A stretch of 64,000 bases of DNA from Candidatus Calditenuis fumarioli (GTDB lineage: Archaea; Thermoproteota; Nitrososphaeria_A; Caldarchaeales; Calditenuaceae). The DNA lies in assembly GCA_030059665.1 (NCBI GenBank), contig JANVYR010000001.1:512001-576000 (forward strand), given 5' to 3'. The notes beneath the pieces were generated by a model. The model did not search any database, was not told the origin of the DNA, and worked only from the letters and a program-made list of their open reading frames with translations. A program made the translations under genes and the position numbers. This document shows, one piece after another, positions 30,039 to 40,322 of this stretch (positions within the stretch are counted from its first letter, which is position 1; every line of letters begins with the position of its first letter).

Positions 30039-31307
30039 TCACCTCGCCGGAACCGCGAAGACCCAGCTCGGTCTCCTCACGGTGACCACCTCACCGCGCT
30101 CGAGCACATCCTTGAAGGGAGGGACCTCCAGGTAACCGTCCGAGAGGGCTATGGTCGAGAAGGCCGAGGACTCCGATACCATGGGCCGGCAGAGCGTCCT
30201 CTCGCCGTCGCGCTCCAGCCTTACCCAGACGACCTTCCTGAAATCGACGTACTTGGTGAACCTGAGGCCCTCGGCGAGCACGGCCCGCGTCGTGTGGACG
30301 AGCTGCTCCGGGTCGAAGGACCCCAGCCTGCCCAGTATCGGGACGGCCAGGTAGTTGAAGACGTTCACGGTGGAGTGGATGAGGGCCGGGAGCATCACGA
30401 CTGGTTTGCCGTTCATCACCGCGACTCCTCCGACCCTTCCGGGCTGGAGCTGTAGGCCCTGCACGAAGAACCAGTTGCCAGATCCGTGAAGGAGGGAAGT
30501 GACGTCGGTGTCGCCGACGCTGGATCCCCCTATCGTCAGCACCATGTCCGAGGAGGACAGGGCACGCTCGAGCGCCCCGGAGACCAGACCGAGGTCATCG
30601 GGGACGAGTCCGGCGTATCTGGGAACGCACGGGAGGGCAGAGAGGAAGGAGAGCACCATAGGTGCGTGGGTGTTGAGCGTCTTCCCGTCACCCGCCTCCT
30701 CCGGGTCGTCCGTCAGCTCCGAGCCGATCGCGAGGACCGAGACGACTGGCCTCCTGAAGACCTCGATCCGCCTCACGCCGAGGGTCTCAAGGAGCGCCGC
30801 CTTCACCGGCCTCACAACCTCGCCTCTCCTGGCCACCAGCAGCCCCTCCACGACGTCAGACCCCTTCCGATCGACGTACTGGTACGGCGCTGCGGGCCTT
30901 TTCAGCGCGATCTCCTCCCCGACGACCTCCACCTCCTCCTGCGGGACCACCGCATCGGCGCCTTCCGGTAACAATCCCCCGGTCAGGATCCTCCTCGCCC
31001 TTCCGGGGGCCAGCGGCGGTCCTGAGACGTTGGGTAGGTTCACGTGGCCGTCGAGCCTCAGCCTGACGGGCCTCTCCTCCGAGGCGCCCTCGGTGTCCCG
31101 CGACCTGACGGCGTAACCGTCCATGTGGGACGCGTCGGCCGGCGGCCTCGAGACCGGCGAGAAGACGTCGGCCGCGAGAACCCTTCCGATCGCGTCGAGC
31201 GGCCTGACCCTCTCCGTCTCGACGATGGGCGAGATCCTGGAGAAGACCTCCCTCAGGACCTCATCGACCGGATGGAAGCGCTCGATCGCCCGGTGCCTGT
31301 GGACCAT
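30039..31307 (-). CDS. moeA: Molybdopterin molybdenumtransferase
   Basis: GRVLAADV, SHMDGYAV, ILTGG-x-x-PEGADAV, IGSEL, GGSSVG, QPG. Confidence 0.92.
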   Translation of the reverse strand: MVHRHRAIERFHPVDEVLREVFSRISPIVETERVRPLDAIGRVLAADVFSPVSRPPADASHMDGYAVRSRDTEGASEERPVRLRLDGHVNLPNVSGPPLAPGRARRILTGGLLPEGADAVVPQEEVEVVGEEIALKRPAAPYQYVDRKGSDVVEGLLVARRGEVVRPVKAALLETLGVRRIEVFRRPVVSVLAIGSELTDDPEEAGDGKTLNTHAPMVLSFLSALPCVPRYAGLVPDDLGLVSGALERALSSSDMVLTIGGSSVGDTDVTSLLHGSGNWFFVQGLQLQPGRVGGVAVMNGKPVVMLPALIHSTVNVFNYLAVPILGRLGSFDPEQLVHTTRAVLAEGLRFTKYVDFRKVVWVRLERDGERTLCRPMVSESSAFSTIALSDGYLEVPPFKDVLERGEVVTVRRPSWVFAVPAR

Positions 31308-31828
31308 TCCTTCCCAGCGTTCTCCGCCTCGAACCTCAATAGCATTACCTTGAGGCGCGGATGTGGAGAGTAGCCTCCGGCCCCTCCGTCGGACCTGACC
31401 ACCCTGTGGCACGGGATCAGAACGGGCAGCGGGTTCGCCGAGAGGGCTGAGCCGACGGCCCTCGCACCGCTTGGCACGCCGATGGACCGGGCGACCTCGG
31501 CGTACGTCCTCGTCTCGCCGTAGCGGATCGCTGAGGAGGCCCGCCAGACCCTGAGCTGGAACGGTGTGCCCACGGGTCGGACCGGCAGCACGAAGGACCT
31601 CCTCGATCCCCGGAAGTACTCGTCCAGCTGGCGGAGCGCCTCCCTCAGCACCGGATCCGTCGAATTCGATCGAGCGCCCTCAAGGATCTCGGGTTCGTCG
31701 ACGAGTGACACCAGCGTCACGTCGCCGCGCGACACGACCACGTACACCCTACCGATCCAGGTCTCGACGAAGCCGATCGAGACGGCTTCAGGTGGAGCGC
31801 CTTGCACCGGCCTCAAGGACCTCAGCAC
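31253..31828 (-). CDS. ogt: Methylated-DNA--protein-cysteine methyltransferase
   Basis: GTPFQLRVW, GETRTYAEVA, ARAVG, NPLPVLIPCHRVV. Exact start uncertain. Confidence 0.93.
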   Translation of the reverse strand: MLRSLRPVQGAPPEAVSIGFVETWIGRVYVVVSRGDVTLVSLVDEPEILEGARSNSTDPVLREALRQLDEYFRGSRRSFVLPVRPVGTPFQLRVWRASSAIRYGETRTYAEVARSIGVPSGARAVGSALSANPLPVLIPCHRVVRSDGGAGGYSPHPRLKVMLLRFEAENAGKEWSTGTGRSSASIRSMRS

Positions 31829-33191
31829 CCGAATGTGTGCCGAGCCTACGCGTGACCTCCCGGTGGACCATCTCGGCTATCTCGACCGAGAGGCCAGTGT
31901 ACGCCAACGGATCTTTTGGCATCACGTCCTCGACCCGCGCGCCGTATTTCCTGCAAAGCTCCCCGACTGCCTCCCTCAGCTTCAGGCCCGAGGCCAGAAG
32001 GGACCTGAGCTCGTCGATGGCGTCGATCCCCAGGCGCCTGAACCTCAGCTGGACCGCCTCCGCGAGGGCCTCCTCGTGGCGCATCAGGTCCTCCCTCATC
32101 CTCTCCGCGTCGAACCTCGCCCTCCTCAAGAACCTCCTCAGCTGCCGGACGCCGATGAGCAGATGTGCGATTCCCACGGAGACGTTCCTCCTCACCGTCG
32201 AGTCCGAGAGGTCCCTCTGGAGCCTGGAGGTCTGGAGGCGGTTCGCGACGAAAGCGAGCAGGTCCGCTGCCAGCTCGAGGTTCCCCTCCGCGTTCTCCGC
32301 CTCGACTGGGTTCTGCTTCTGGGGCATCGTGGAGGACCCCACCCTGGTCGGCTCGAGCGAGACGTACCCCAGCATCGAGAGAAGCCAGAGGTCCCTGGCG
32401 AGGTCCGTCAGGGCCATCGAGAGGGAGGAGAGGTGGTGGAGGTAGATCGAGTGTCTGTCAGCTGGGATGACCTGCTTCGTCACCAGGACCGGCTCGAGTC
32501 CCAGCGAGCTCAGGAACCGCCCGACGAACTCGAGGGTCCTCTCCCCCAGGACCTCCATCAGCCCGGCGTAGCTTCCGATGGCACCGCTAACCTTGCCTGG
32601 CATCCTGAAGCCCCTCAGCCTCTCGATCCACTCCAGCGCCCTCATCGCGTGGTACGCGAGCTCCCTACCGAGCGTCGTGGGAACAGCGGGTTTACCGTGG
32701 GTCCTGGCGAGCATCGGCGTCGCTTTCTCCCTCAGCGCGAGCTCCGCAAGCTCCTCGCAGAGCCTCGAGAGCTCCGGCACCAGGACGCCCTCGTTGACCT
32801 CCCTCAGCGCCAACGAGAACGCGTTGGAGTTGACGTCCTCCGAGGTCAGACCGGCGTGGACCCAGACGGCGGCCCTCGCGTATCCCTGGGACCTGAGCCT
32901 CGCCTTCAGGAAGCGGACCACGGCCTCGACGTCGTGGCCAACATCCGCCTCGATCGCCTTGACCTCCTCGGCCTCCTCCGGACCGAACCGCTCGGGAAGC
33001 GACTTCAGGTACTGCAGGGCACCCGGCTCGAGCTCGGCGACGCCCCACTCCGAGAGGGCCCTCAGGTACTCCGCCTCGACCAGAAGTCGGTAGCGTATGT
33101 AGCCGAACTCGGAGAGGTGGGGCCTGAGGTCATCGACCAGGTCGGCGTACCTTCCGTCGACGGGGGAGAGGGCGAGGAGCCTGTGCCTCAC
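31788..33191 (-). CDS. purB: Adenylosuccinate lyase
   Basis: GTG 33191; ALSPVDGRY, HDVEAV, GLTSEDVN, ARTHG, GSSTMPQKQNP, SRLQRDLSD. Confidence 0.93.
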   Translation of the reverse strand: MRHRLLALSPVDGRYADLVDDLRPHLSEFGYIRYRLLVEAEYLRALSEWGVAELEPGALQYLKSLPERFGPEEAEEVKAIEADVGHDVEAVVRFLKARLRSQGYARAAVWVHAGLTSEDVNSNAFSLALREVNEGVLVPELSRLCEELAELALREKATPMLARTHGKPAVPTTLGRELAYHAMRALEWIERLRGFRMPGKVSGAIGSYAGLMEVLGERTLEFVGRFLSSLGLEPVLVTKQVIPADRHSIYLHHLSSLSMALTDLARDLWLLSMLGYVSLEPTRVGSSTMPQKQNPVEAENAEGNLELAADLLAFVANRLQTSRLQRDLSDSTVRRNVSVGIAHLLIGVRQLRRFLRRARFDAERMREDLMRHEEALAEAVQLRFRRLGIDAIDELRSLLASGLKLREAVGELCRKYGARVEDVMPKDPLAYTGLSVEIAEMVHREVTRRLGTHSGAEVLEAGARRST

Positions 33192-34435
33192 CGCTCGAGC
33201 ACCTCCTCGATCCCCGGTCCTATCCCGATGTGAGATACGGGAACCCCGAGCTCGGACTCGACGAACTCGACGTAACGCCTCGCGTTGGGGTGTAGCGCTC
33301 CGTACCCCTCCCTCATCAGCCTCGAACGCTCCGCGCCGTCGATCGGAGGCCACCCTTCCAGCTCGACGTACTGGGGCCTGACGCGCTCCAGGCCGCTGAG
33401 GCTTTCGGGGAAGGAGACGGCTCCCTCGTAGGAGACGCAGACCCTCACCCGCTCGAGGCCGGAGAGCGTGTCGAGCCTCGTCAGGAAGACCGAGTCGACG
33501 CCGTTCAGCTCCACCGCGAATTTCAGCTGCGGGAGGTCGAGCCACCCGATCCTCCTGGGCCTGCCAGTGGTGGCGCCGTACTCTCCGCCGGCAGACCTGA
33601 TGCGCTCCGCCAGCTCCCCCTGGATCTCGGTCGGGAAGGGGCCAGAGCCGACCCTGGTCGTGTAGGCCTTCGCAACGCCTACCACCCTTCCCAAGCTCCT
33701 GAACGGAACACCGCATCCCACAGCGGCGCTCGCGGACGTGGTGAGGCTGGAGGTCACGTAGGGGAAGGTGCCGAAGAGGAGGTCGAGCATCGTCCCCTGA
33801 GCTCCCTCGAAGACCACGGTCCCCCCTCCACTAAGCGCGCCTGAGATGACGGGACCCGTCTCGACCACCTTCACCTCAAGCCCCTCGAACGCCCCCAGCA
33901 GCTCCCTCGCCTCCTGCTTTGGGTCCGGGCCTCCGAGGCGCCAGAAGTCCCTGAGCTCCCTGAGCCTCGCGACCAGCGAGTCGGGCTCCAGAAGGTCAGC
34001 CACCCTGACCGAGAGCCGGGCAGACCTCTCCACCGACGTAGGACCTATCCCCCTCCTGGTGGTCCCGATCGGCCTGGGACCCTTGAGGCCCTCCAGGAAC
34101 TCCTCGGCGATCGACGCGGACGGCCTGATCACGGACGCCCTCGGGCTCAGGTAGACCTCGATCTCACCCCTCACCCTCCTGACCTCCTCCAACTCCTCCT
34201 TGAGGACCCTGAGGTCGACCAGGACGCCGGCGCAGATCGCGGCCGACCCGCAGACGACGCCACCTGCGGGTATCAGGTGTAGCCTCAAGACCCTTCCGTC
34301 GTACAGGATTGTGTGGCCGGCGTTGGGGCCTCCGTTGAACCTGACCGCGAGGCGCGCCGACCGGGAGAAATATGCTGCTACCTTGCCCTTCCCCTCATCG
34401 CCCCACTGGAGGCCGATGACGGTGATCGAGGGCAG
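33188..34435 (-). CDS. purA: Adenylosuccinate synthetase, apparent CTG start
   Basis: (L/M)PSITVIGLQWGDEGKGK, GGPNAGHT, EGAQG, KAYTTRVGSGPFPTE, TTGRPRRIGW. Confidence 0.93.
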   Translation of the reverse strand: MPSITVIGLQWGDEGKGKVAAYFSRSARLAVRFNGGPNAGHTILYDGRVLRLHLIPAGGVVCGSAAICAGVLVDLRVLKEELEEVRRVRGEIEVYLSPRASVIRPSASIAEEFLEGLKGPRPIGTTRRGIGPTSVERSARLSVRVADLLEPDSLVARLRELRDFWRLGGPDPKQEARELLGAFEGLEVKVVETGPVISGALSGGGTVVFEGAQGTMLDLLFGTFPYVTSSLTTSASAAVGCGVPFRSLGRVVGVAKAYTTRVGSGPFPTEIQGELAERIRSAGGEYGATTGRPRRIGWLDLPQLKFAVELNGVDSVFLTRLDTLSGLERVRVCVSYEGAVSFPESLSGLERVRPQYVELEGWPPIDGAERSRLMREGYGALHPNARRYVEFVESELGVPVSHIGIGPGIEEVLER

Positions 34436-34436
34436 C

Positions 34437-35888
34437 TCACGTCACCCGTTCCACGTCGTGCGGCAGCCCCTCCCTGTACCCAGCCTCCGTGATCCTGACG
34501 AAGACCGCCCGCTCCCTCAGCTCCCTTATGGTGCGTGCTCCGAGGTAGCTCATGCCGGACCTGAGGCCGGCGACGAGCTGTGCGAGGACCTCGGCGACCG
34601 AGCCGCGGTAATCGACGTACGCCTCGATCCCCTCGGCCATGAACGAGTAGTCCGCGACCTCGTCGAGGTCCAGATCGCCCTTCTCCCTCGCCTCCCTCCC
34701 GAGCATCGCGTAGAACGATGCCATCCCCCGGTAGACCTTGCTCTTCTTCCCGTTGCGAACCACTACGGCTCCCGGGCTCTCGTCGGTACCTGCTAGCAGC
34801 ATCCCGATCATGACGGTCGATGCGCCCGCGGCCAGCGCCTTGACGAGGTCCGCGGAGCTCCTGATCCCACCGTCGGCGATCATCGGGACCCCCGTCCTCT
34901 CGGAGACCTCGGCGCAGTTCATGATGGCGGTCAGCTGCGGAACCCCCACACCGGCGACGACCCGCGTGGTGCAGACGGCTCCCGGGCCGATGCCGACCTT
35001 GACGGCGTCCGCGTAGGCCGCCAGGTCCTCGAAGCCCTCGGGTGTCGCGACGTTTCCGGCGACCAGCTGCACGTCGTCGCCGAACTCCCTCCTCAGACGC
35101 TTCAGCGCGCTGAGCACCATCTCCATGTGACCGTGGGCCACGTCGATCACCAGTGCGTCGACCTCAGCCTCCAGCAGCGCCTTGGCCCTCTCGAGGTAGT
35201 CGGGCTTCACGCCGATCGCGGCAGCGACTCTCATCCTGCCCTTCGAGTCCCTGGTGGAGTGGGGATAGAGCCCCCTCGACTGGATGTCCTTCGCGGTGAT
35301 CAGGCCCCTCAGCCTCCAGTCGTCGTCCACGATGGGGATCTTCTCGACGCGGTGGGTCCGTATCAGCTCGATCGCCTGCTCCTGCGTGACGCCGGGCCTC
35401 GCGGTGATCAGCTCGTGCCTCGGTGTCATCACCTCCCTGACCGGCCTCTCGTCGGGCTCGAAGAGCAGGTCCCTCCTCGTCACGATGCCCCAGACCCTCC
35501 TGTCCCTGTCGACCACGACGAGCCCCGATACGCCGTGCCTCGCCATCTCCCTCCTGGCGTCGCCCACCGTCGCCTCTAGCGGTATCGTGTAGGGGTCCTC
35601 GATCAGAACGCCCTCGGCGCGCTTCACCTTCTGGACCTCCTTGACCTGCTGCTCTATCGGCATGAACCTGTGTATCACACCGATCCCTCCCTCCCTTGCC
35701 ATCGCTATCGCCATCCTGCTCTCCGTGACCGTGTCCATGGCTGCCGAGACGATCGGTATGTGCAGCTCTATCTTCCTGGTGAAGAGCGTCCTCGTCGAGA
35801 CCTCCCGCCTGGACCTTATGTCCGAATATCGGGGCACCAGGAGCACGTCGTCGAAGGTGAGGGCCAGCTCCTCCACGAACCGACCCAA
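34437..35888 (-). CDS. guaB: IMP dehydrogenase with CBS pair
   Basis: [46 protein letters not shown]. Confidence 0.98.
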   Translation of the reverse strand: MGRFVEELALTFDDVLLVPRYSDIRSRREVSTRTLFTRKIELHIPIVSAAMDTVTESRMAIAMAREGGIGVIHRFMPIEQQVKEVQKVKRAEGVLIEDPYTIPLEATVGDARREMARHGVSGLVVVDRDRRVWGIVTRRDLLFEPDERPVREVMTPRHELITARPGVTQEQAIELIRTHRVEKIPIVDDDWRLRGLITAKDIQSRGLYPHSTRDSKGRMRVAAAIGVKPDYLERAKALLEAEVDALVIDVAHGHMEMVLSALKRLRREFGDDVQLVAGNVATPEGFEDLAAYADAVKVGIGPGAVCTTRVVAGVGVPQLTAIMNCAEVSERTGVPMIADGGIRSSADLVKALAAGASTVMIGMLLAGTDESPGAVVVRNGKKSKVYRGMASFYAMLGREAREKGDLDLDEVADYSFMAEGIEAYVDYRGSVAEVLAQLVAGLRSGMSYLGARTIRELRERAVFVRITEAGYREGLPHDVERVT

Positions 35889-36001
35889 CCGATCCCACCA
35901 GTAAAATCAGGGACTTGGTGAAAAACCTGAGTCCGGAGGAGGGCTAAACAGGATATCAAACGATGACATGAACCAGGAAAAAAGAGGCGTGTGGTTGGAC
36001 C

Positions 36002-36511
36002 TCAGAGGATCCGGAGCAGCGCGTCGACGGAGTAGGCACCTGGTCCGAGGAGGAAGAGCAGCAGCGCGACGCCCAAGATGAGCAGGTCGAACTCCCAGCC
36101 GCCGACACCGGCCACAAAGCCCCTCATGAACCGCCTCGAGTTGGTCACCATCTGATGGAGCATCTCAGGGGGCGGCACCATCGTTCCCAGCTTGCCGAGG
36201 TAGAGGGCTATAGTCCCGATCATCTCGAGCAGGAAGAGCAGCGCCACGACCCTCGTCAGGAAGCCGATGATCAGCGTTATCCCTCCGAGGAACTCCAGGA
36301 GGCCCACGAGGTCGAAGAGGGCACCAGGGATCCCGAGCTGCGACATCCCTCCCCTCATCATGGGCCTCGCGGGTCCGAAGAGCTTCGGCGCTCCGTGGAC
36401 GATCATGATGAACCCCAAAATCAGCCTCGTCACCAGTAGCCCGGCGTCGCCGTAGGTTCCCAGGAAGTCCAGCTGGATCAAGCAGTTTTCACCTCGCAAC
36501 CCAGTTGCCAA
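36002..36511 (-). CDS. DoxX family membrane protein
   Basis: RLILG, HGAPKL, EFLGG, GFLTR, GWEF, GPGAYSVD. Confidence 0.88.
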   Translation of the reverse strand: MATGLRGENCLIQLDFLGTYGDAGLLVTRLILGFIMIVHGAPKLFGPARPMMRGGMSQLGIPGALFDLVGLLEFLGGITLIIGFLTRVVALLFLLEMIGTIALYLGKLGTMVPPPEMLHQMVTNSRRFMRGFVAGVGGWEFDLLILGVALLLFLLGPGAYSVDALLRIL

Positions 36512-36552
36512 ACGCCATTTTATTAATCGGTCAGTGACTGACTTGATACCGG

Positions 36553-37026
36553 ATGACGACGGCGCCGGTGGAGGAACAGGAGCGTTGGTGTCCGGTGGCT
36601 GCAGCGACCAGGATGCTCGCCAGCGTCTGGGCGATCGTCGTGATCTACTACCTGATGGACGGGCCGAAGGGCTTCAACGAGCTCCTCAGGGCTATTCCCG
36701 GCGTCAACTCCAAGACCCTTTCCAGGACGCTTAAGCACCTCCAGGCGAAGGGCATCGTCGTGAGGGAGGTGGTCAGCCTCCAGCCCTTCTCGGTCAGGTA
36801 CAGGCTCACCGAGATGGGTCAGGACCTAATGCCGGTCCTCGAGGCGCTGCGGGAGTGGGGGATGAGGTGGATGGGGCCTGACGCGGCACCAGACGGGACG
36901 GTACCGTCCAGGGCCGGGGCTAAGTCGTGCGAGGGAACGCCAATTACCGGGAAGGACGAGGGAGCCGAGCGAGGAGGGAGCGCTTGGGGATCCGGAACGA
37001 AGCGGTCGTCACGGAGGAGCTCGTGA
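36553..37026 (+). CDS. HxlR family winged-helix regulator
   Basis: CPV, W-x-x-x-x-I-x-x-L, FNEL, KTLSRTLKHL, YRLTEMG. Confidence 0.9.
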   Translation: MTTAPVEEQERWCPVAAATRMLASVWAIVVIYYLMDGPKGFNELLRAIPGVNSKTLSRTLKHLQAKGIVVREVVSLQPFSVRYRLTEMGQDLMPVLEALREWGMRWMGPDAAPDGTVPSRAGAKSCEGTPITGKDEGAERGGSAWGSGTKRSSRRSS

Positions 37027-37925
37027 AGGTTTACGAGGGAGGCGTCAGGGCGCTCGACGGCGTCTCGCTCCGGGTCGGAAGGGGCGAGGTATTTGCGCTG
37101 CTCGGGCCTAACGGCGCCGGCAAGACCACGCTCGTCGAGATCCTCCTCACCCTCAGGCGTCCCACGTCGGGAAGGGCCTACGTGCTCGGCGAGGACGTCT
37201 CGGATCCGAGGAGCAGGTCGACCGTCAGGAGCAGGGTTGGTGCGGTCCTTCAGGAGTCCGATTCGTTCGAGCTGCTCACGGTCCGGGAGACCCTCGAGCT
37301 CTACGCTAGCCTTTACGGCGCCGATCGCCGGAGGGTTGACGAGCTGCTGGAGCTCTTCGGGCTGAGCGGTTACGCGAAGAGGCTCTACGGCAAGCTCTCC
37401 GGAGGCCTGAAGCGAAGGGTCCTGGTGGCAACGGCCCTGATCAACTCACCTGAGCTGGTCTTCCTCGACGAGCCCACGACGGGCCTCGACCCCGCGATGA
37501 GGAGGGAGGTCTGGGAGGTCCTGAGGCGAATGAGGGAGGAGGGCGTTACGGTCTTCCTCACGACCCACTACATGGAGGAGGCCGAGGAGCTCGCCGACAG
37601 GGTGGGTTTCATCGTGGGAGGGAGGCTCGTGGCGGTCGGCTCTCCGAGGGAGCTCGCGGAGAGGTACGGCGGCTCTAAGGTCGTTAGGGTCTCCGGGCTC
37701 GACCGGAGAGCTGCTGAGGAGGTGGCGAGGGCCCTCGGCGACGTCAGATCGGAGGGCGACGGGCTGGTTTACACCGCTTCCGATCAGAGGGACGCGAACA
37801 GGGCCGTCCAGACAGTCCTCTCGATCGCGCCGGATGCGGTCATCACCGTCAGCAACCCAGGTCTCGAGGAGGTGTTCCTCAAACTCACCGGTTATAGAAT
37901 AACAGAGGAGGGAGAGGTCGCTTGA
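36984..37925 (+). CDS. ABC-2 exporter ATP-binding subunit
   Basis: GPNGAGKTT, LSGGLKRR, FLDEPTTGLDP, TTHYMEEAE; likely TTG start 36984. Confidence 0.92.
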   Translation: MGIRNEAVVTEELVKVYEGGVRALDGVSLRVGRGEVFALLGPNGAGKTTLVEILLTLRRPTSGRAYVLGEDVSDPRSRSTVRSRVGAVLQESDSFELLTVRETLELYASLYGADRRRVDELLELFGLSGYAKRLYGKLSGGLKRRVLVATALINSPELVFLDEPTTGLDPAMRREVWEVLRRMREEGVTVFLTTHYMEEAEELADRVGFIVGGRLVAVGSPRELAERYGGSKVVRVSGLDRRAAEEVARALGDVRSEGDGLVYTASDQRDANRAVQTVLSIAPDAVITVSNPGLEEVFLKLTGYRITEEGEVA

Positions 37926-39172
37926 GGAGGCCGATCGCGTTCGCCACGGTCGTCGTTCGCGATTGGGTGCGGAGCAGGTCGACCGTCTTCTGGACGCTCG
38001 CCTTCCCGCTGATCCTGCTGCTGGTCTTCGGCTCCGTCTTCGGCGACGTGAGGGTCACGAGCGTCAGGGTCCTGGTGGTGAACGAGGACCTCGATCCATC
38101 CGGAAGGCCGACCCAGCTCTCGGAGGCCTTCGTCTCAGCCCTCAACTCGACCGGGCTCCTCGAGCTCAGGCCCGTCGAGCCAAGTAAGGACCTCGGCGAG
38201 GCGATGAGGGACCTCGGCGTCTACAGGGCGCTGGTGATACACCGCGGGTTCCAAGAAGGTCTGATCGAGGCCTCTGTGGCCGCGCGGATCGACGTCATCA
38301 CCTCCACCCTCGAGTACGTGCTCGCCAACTTCGGTCAGTCCGTTCCTCCCGAGAACAGGTCGATGATCGAGGAGGGCATCTCGGCCCTGAGGCAGATGAG
38401 GTCTAACCTGCGCGCAGGACCTGTTTCGATCACCTTCGTCCGGGACGACGCGGACCCCTCAGCCGGTGCGGTGGAGGGCGTGATAAGGTCAGTGGCCCAG
38501 GCCTTCAACCTGAGGCTGATCGGCGCCAACGATTCCGTCGTTCTGGACAGTTCAGGACTGGGCTTCAGGAGGACCAGGTGGATCGACCTGTACGTTCCTG
38601 GGGTGCTGATGGCCTTCGTTATGGTCAACGGAGTCCTCGGCTCGTCACAGATGCTGGCCGACATGAGGCGGAGGAGGCTTCTTCGGAGGCTTACGATAAC
38701 GCCGCTGAGGAGGTCCGAGCTGCTCGCGGGGCTGATGTTTGCCCACCTGCTGATGGCGCTGGTGCTGACGGTCCTGACGCTCTCTGTCGGCTGGGGCCTC
38801 TTCGGTTCCTCGTTCTCGCTCAACGCCCTCTCCGCTGCGCTCATCGTGGCCGGCAGCCTCCTCTTCACCTCGCTGGGCCTCGTGGTGGGAACGGCCTTCA
38901 AGGAGGTCGAGGCGGTAAGCGCCGCGGCCAGCGCGATAACCTTCCCGATGATGTTCCTCTCGGGGGCAGTATTCCCCCTCGAGCTCGCCCCACCGGCGAT
39001 GCAGGCGGTTGCCAAGTTCCTCCCGCTGTACTACCTCGTGGAGGGACTCAGGGCCTCGGGGGTTTACGGCAGCACGGTCTCCTTCATCGAGGGCCTCGCG
39101 GTGAGTCTGGCGGCCTTCCCGGTCCTGCTCCTGTTGGGTTCGGTCCTGCTCGATCGGGAGCTGACCACCTGA
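37922..39172 (+). CDS. ABC-2 exporter permease with a large extracellular domain
   Basis: FWTLAFP, soluble insert, YVPG, FLSGAVFP, FLPL. Confidence 0.88.
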   Translation: MRRPIAFATVVVRDWVRSRSTVFWTLAFPLILLLVFGSVFGDVRVTSVRVLVVNEDLDPSGRPTQLSEAFVSALNSTGLLELRPVEPSKDLGEAMRDLGVYRALVIHRGFQEGLIEASVAARIDVITSTLEYVLANFGQSVPPENRSMIEEGISALRQMRSNLRAGPVSITFVRDDADPSAGAVEGVIRSVAQAFNLRLIGANDSVVLDSSGLGFRRTRWIDLYVPGVLMAFVMVNGVLGSSQMLADMRRRRLLRRLTITPLRRSELLAGLMFAHLLMALVLTVLTLSVGWGLFGSSFSLNALSAALIVAGSLLFTSLGLVVGTAFKEVEAVSAAASAITFPMMFLSGAVFPLELAPPAMQAVAKFLPLYYLVEGLRASGVYGSTVSFIEGLAVSLAAFPVLLLLGSVLLDRELTT

Positions 39173-39553
39173 ACTAGTATCGGTTTGATCATCCGGATGT
39201 TGATCTTTATGCGAAAGAAGTAAATGTGGTTGGTGCTTCGCCATTCTAATTTACTGGGAGCATATCAGCTTCTTTCGGGTTTTGCTTGCATTGTTGAATG
39301 GTTTGTATGGCCGTTGCCCTCCACTGCATATCGTGTCTGAACATCAGCCAAGTAGCGAGAGTAGCCTTTTACGTAGTTCCTCAAACTCTTCATCGGCAAA
39401 CTTTGTAGATCTATTGCTATATTATGTGTCGATGTCATTGATAAGCTAGATTGGGTGACTCGGGCTGAAGCAGCCGTGCAGCCTGTCTCTTAAGAAATGG
39501 GAATTTTTTCCACGAAGTACTCCTTCAATGGACCACATGTTTAAAGTCGTGCC

Positions 39554-40318
39554 TCATTCTATGATGCGCCTAAAACTTATTGATGCTAAAATGAATGATA
39601 TTGCATCGAAGATCGTTATCGAAGCCAAATCCATTAGGAGATTAGAAAGGTCTCCAGTGATCAATAGTCCTCTGACAGCGTCAACGACGTAACTCAAAGG
39701 GTTAAACGTTGAAATCTCCCTAAGGAGAGGTGGCATTATTTGGGTAGGATACAAGGCATTGCTGGCAAAGAAAAGTGGCATAATTATCGCCTGTCCCAAT
39801 CCCAAAAACCTCTCGCGGGTTTTCATAAAGGAGGCTATGAGTATGGATATGGCTGCAAACCCTCCTGAGGCCAGGAATATAATGGTGAAGGCTAGGACGA
39901 AATAAACCGGGTTGTGGATAAAATGTACTCCTATTATGAGAGCTACAGGAAGTATTATGAGGGCCTGAAACAGAGCCCTAACACCTGAAGCCATAGAGCG
40001 TCCTATAACCACCGAATACCTCGAAGCTGGAGTGACGAGCAGCTTCTTCAGAATTCCAGAGTCGCGTTCCCAAACCATCATCAAACCATAGAATATGCTG
40101 ACGAATGTTGTTGTCTGTATCATAATGCCCGGGGTTATGAAATCGGTATATGGGACTTCTCCTGTAGGTATAGCCCTAACACTACTCATTACGGGGCCGT
40201 AAATCACTATCCAAAGTATTGGTTGGACGGCCCTGAAGTACAATTCCGTCCTATCGTGACGTAATCTTCTCAATTCAAGCTCAACCATGACCAACATGAT
40301 TTTCAGACCTTTTATCAT
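39554..40318 (-). CDS. ABC-2 (DrrB-like) permease
   Basis: QPILW, YTDFITPG, WERDSG, FFASNALYP, NPLSY. Confidence 0.92.
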   Translation of the reverse strand: MIKGLKIMLVMVELELRRLRHDRTELYFRAVQPILWIVIYGPVMSSVRAIPTGEVPYTDFITPGIMIQTTTFVSIFYGLMMVWERDSGILKKLLVTPASRYSVVIGRSMASGVRALFQALIILPVALIIGVHFIHNPVYFVLAFTIIFLASGGFAAISILIASFMKTRERFLGLGQAIIMPLFFASNALYPTQIMPPLLREISTFNPLSYVVDAVRGLLITGDLSNLLMDLASITIFDAISFILASISFRRIIE

Positions 40319-40322
40319 GTTT

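Noticed and set aside
31566-33716. Long ORF 31566..33233 (+) and the 642-aa version of 31788..33716 (-)
   Set aside because: The first is antisense to purB/ogt. The second extends purB upstream through purA in another frame, so it is not a fusion.
39380-39420. Short protein-like minus-strand fragment FADEEFEELRKRLLSLLG
   Set aside because: An in-frame stop lies a few codons upstream and there is no start; at most a remnant, too weak to call a pseudogene.
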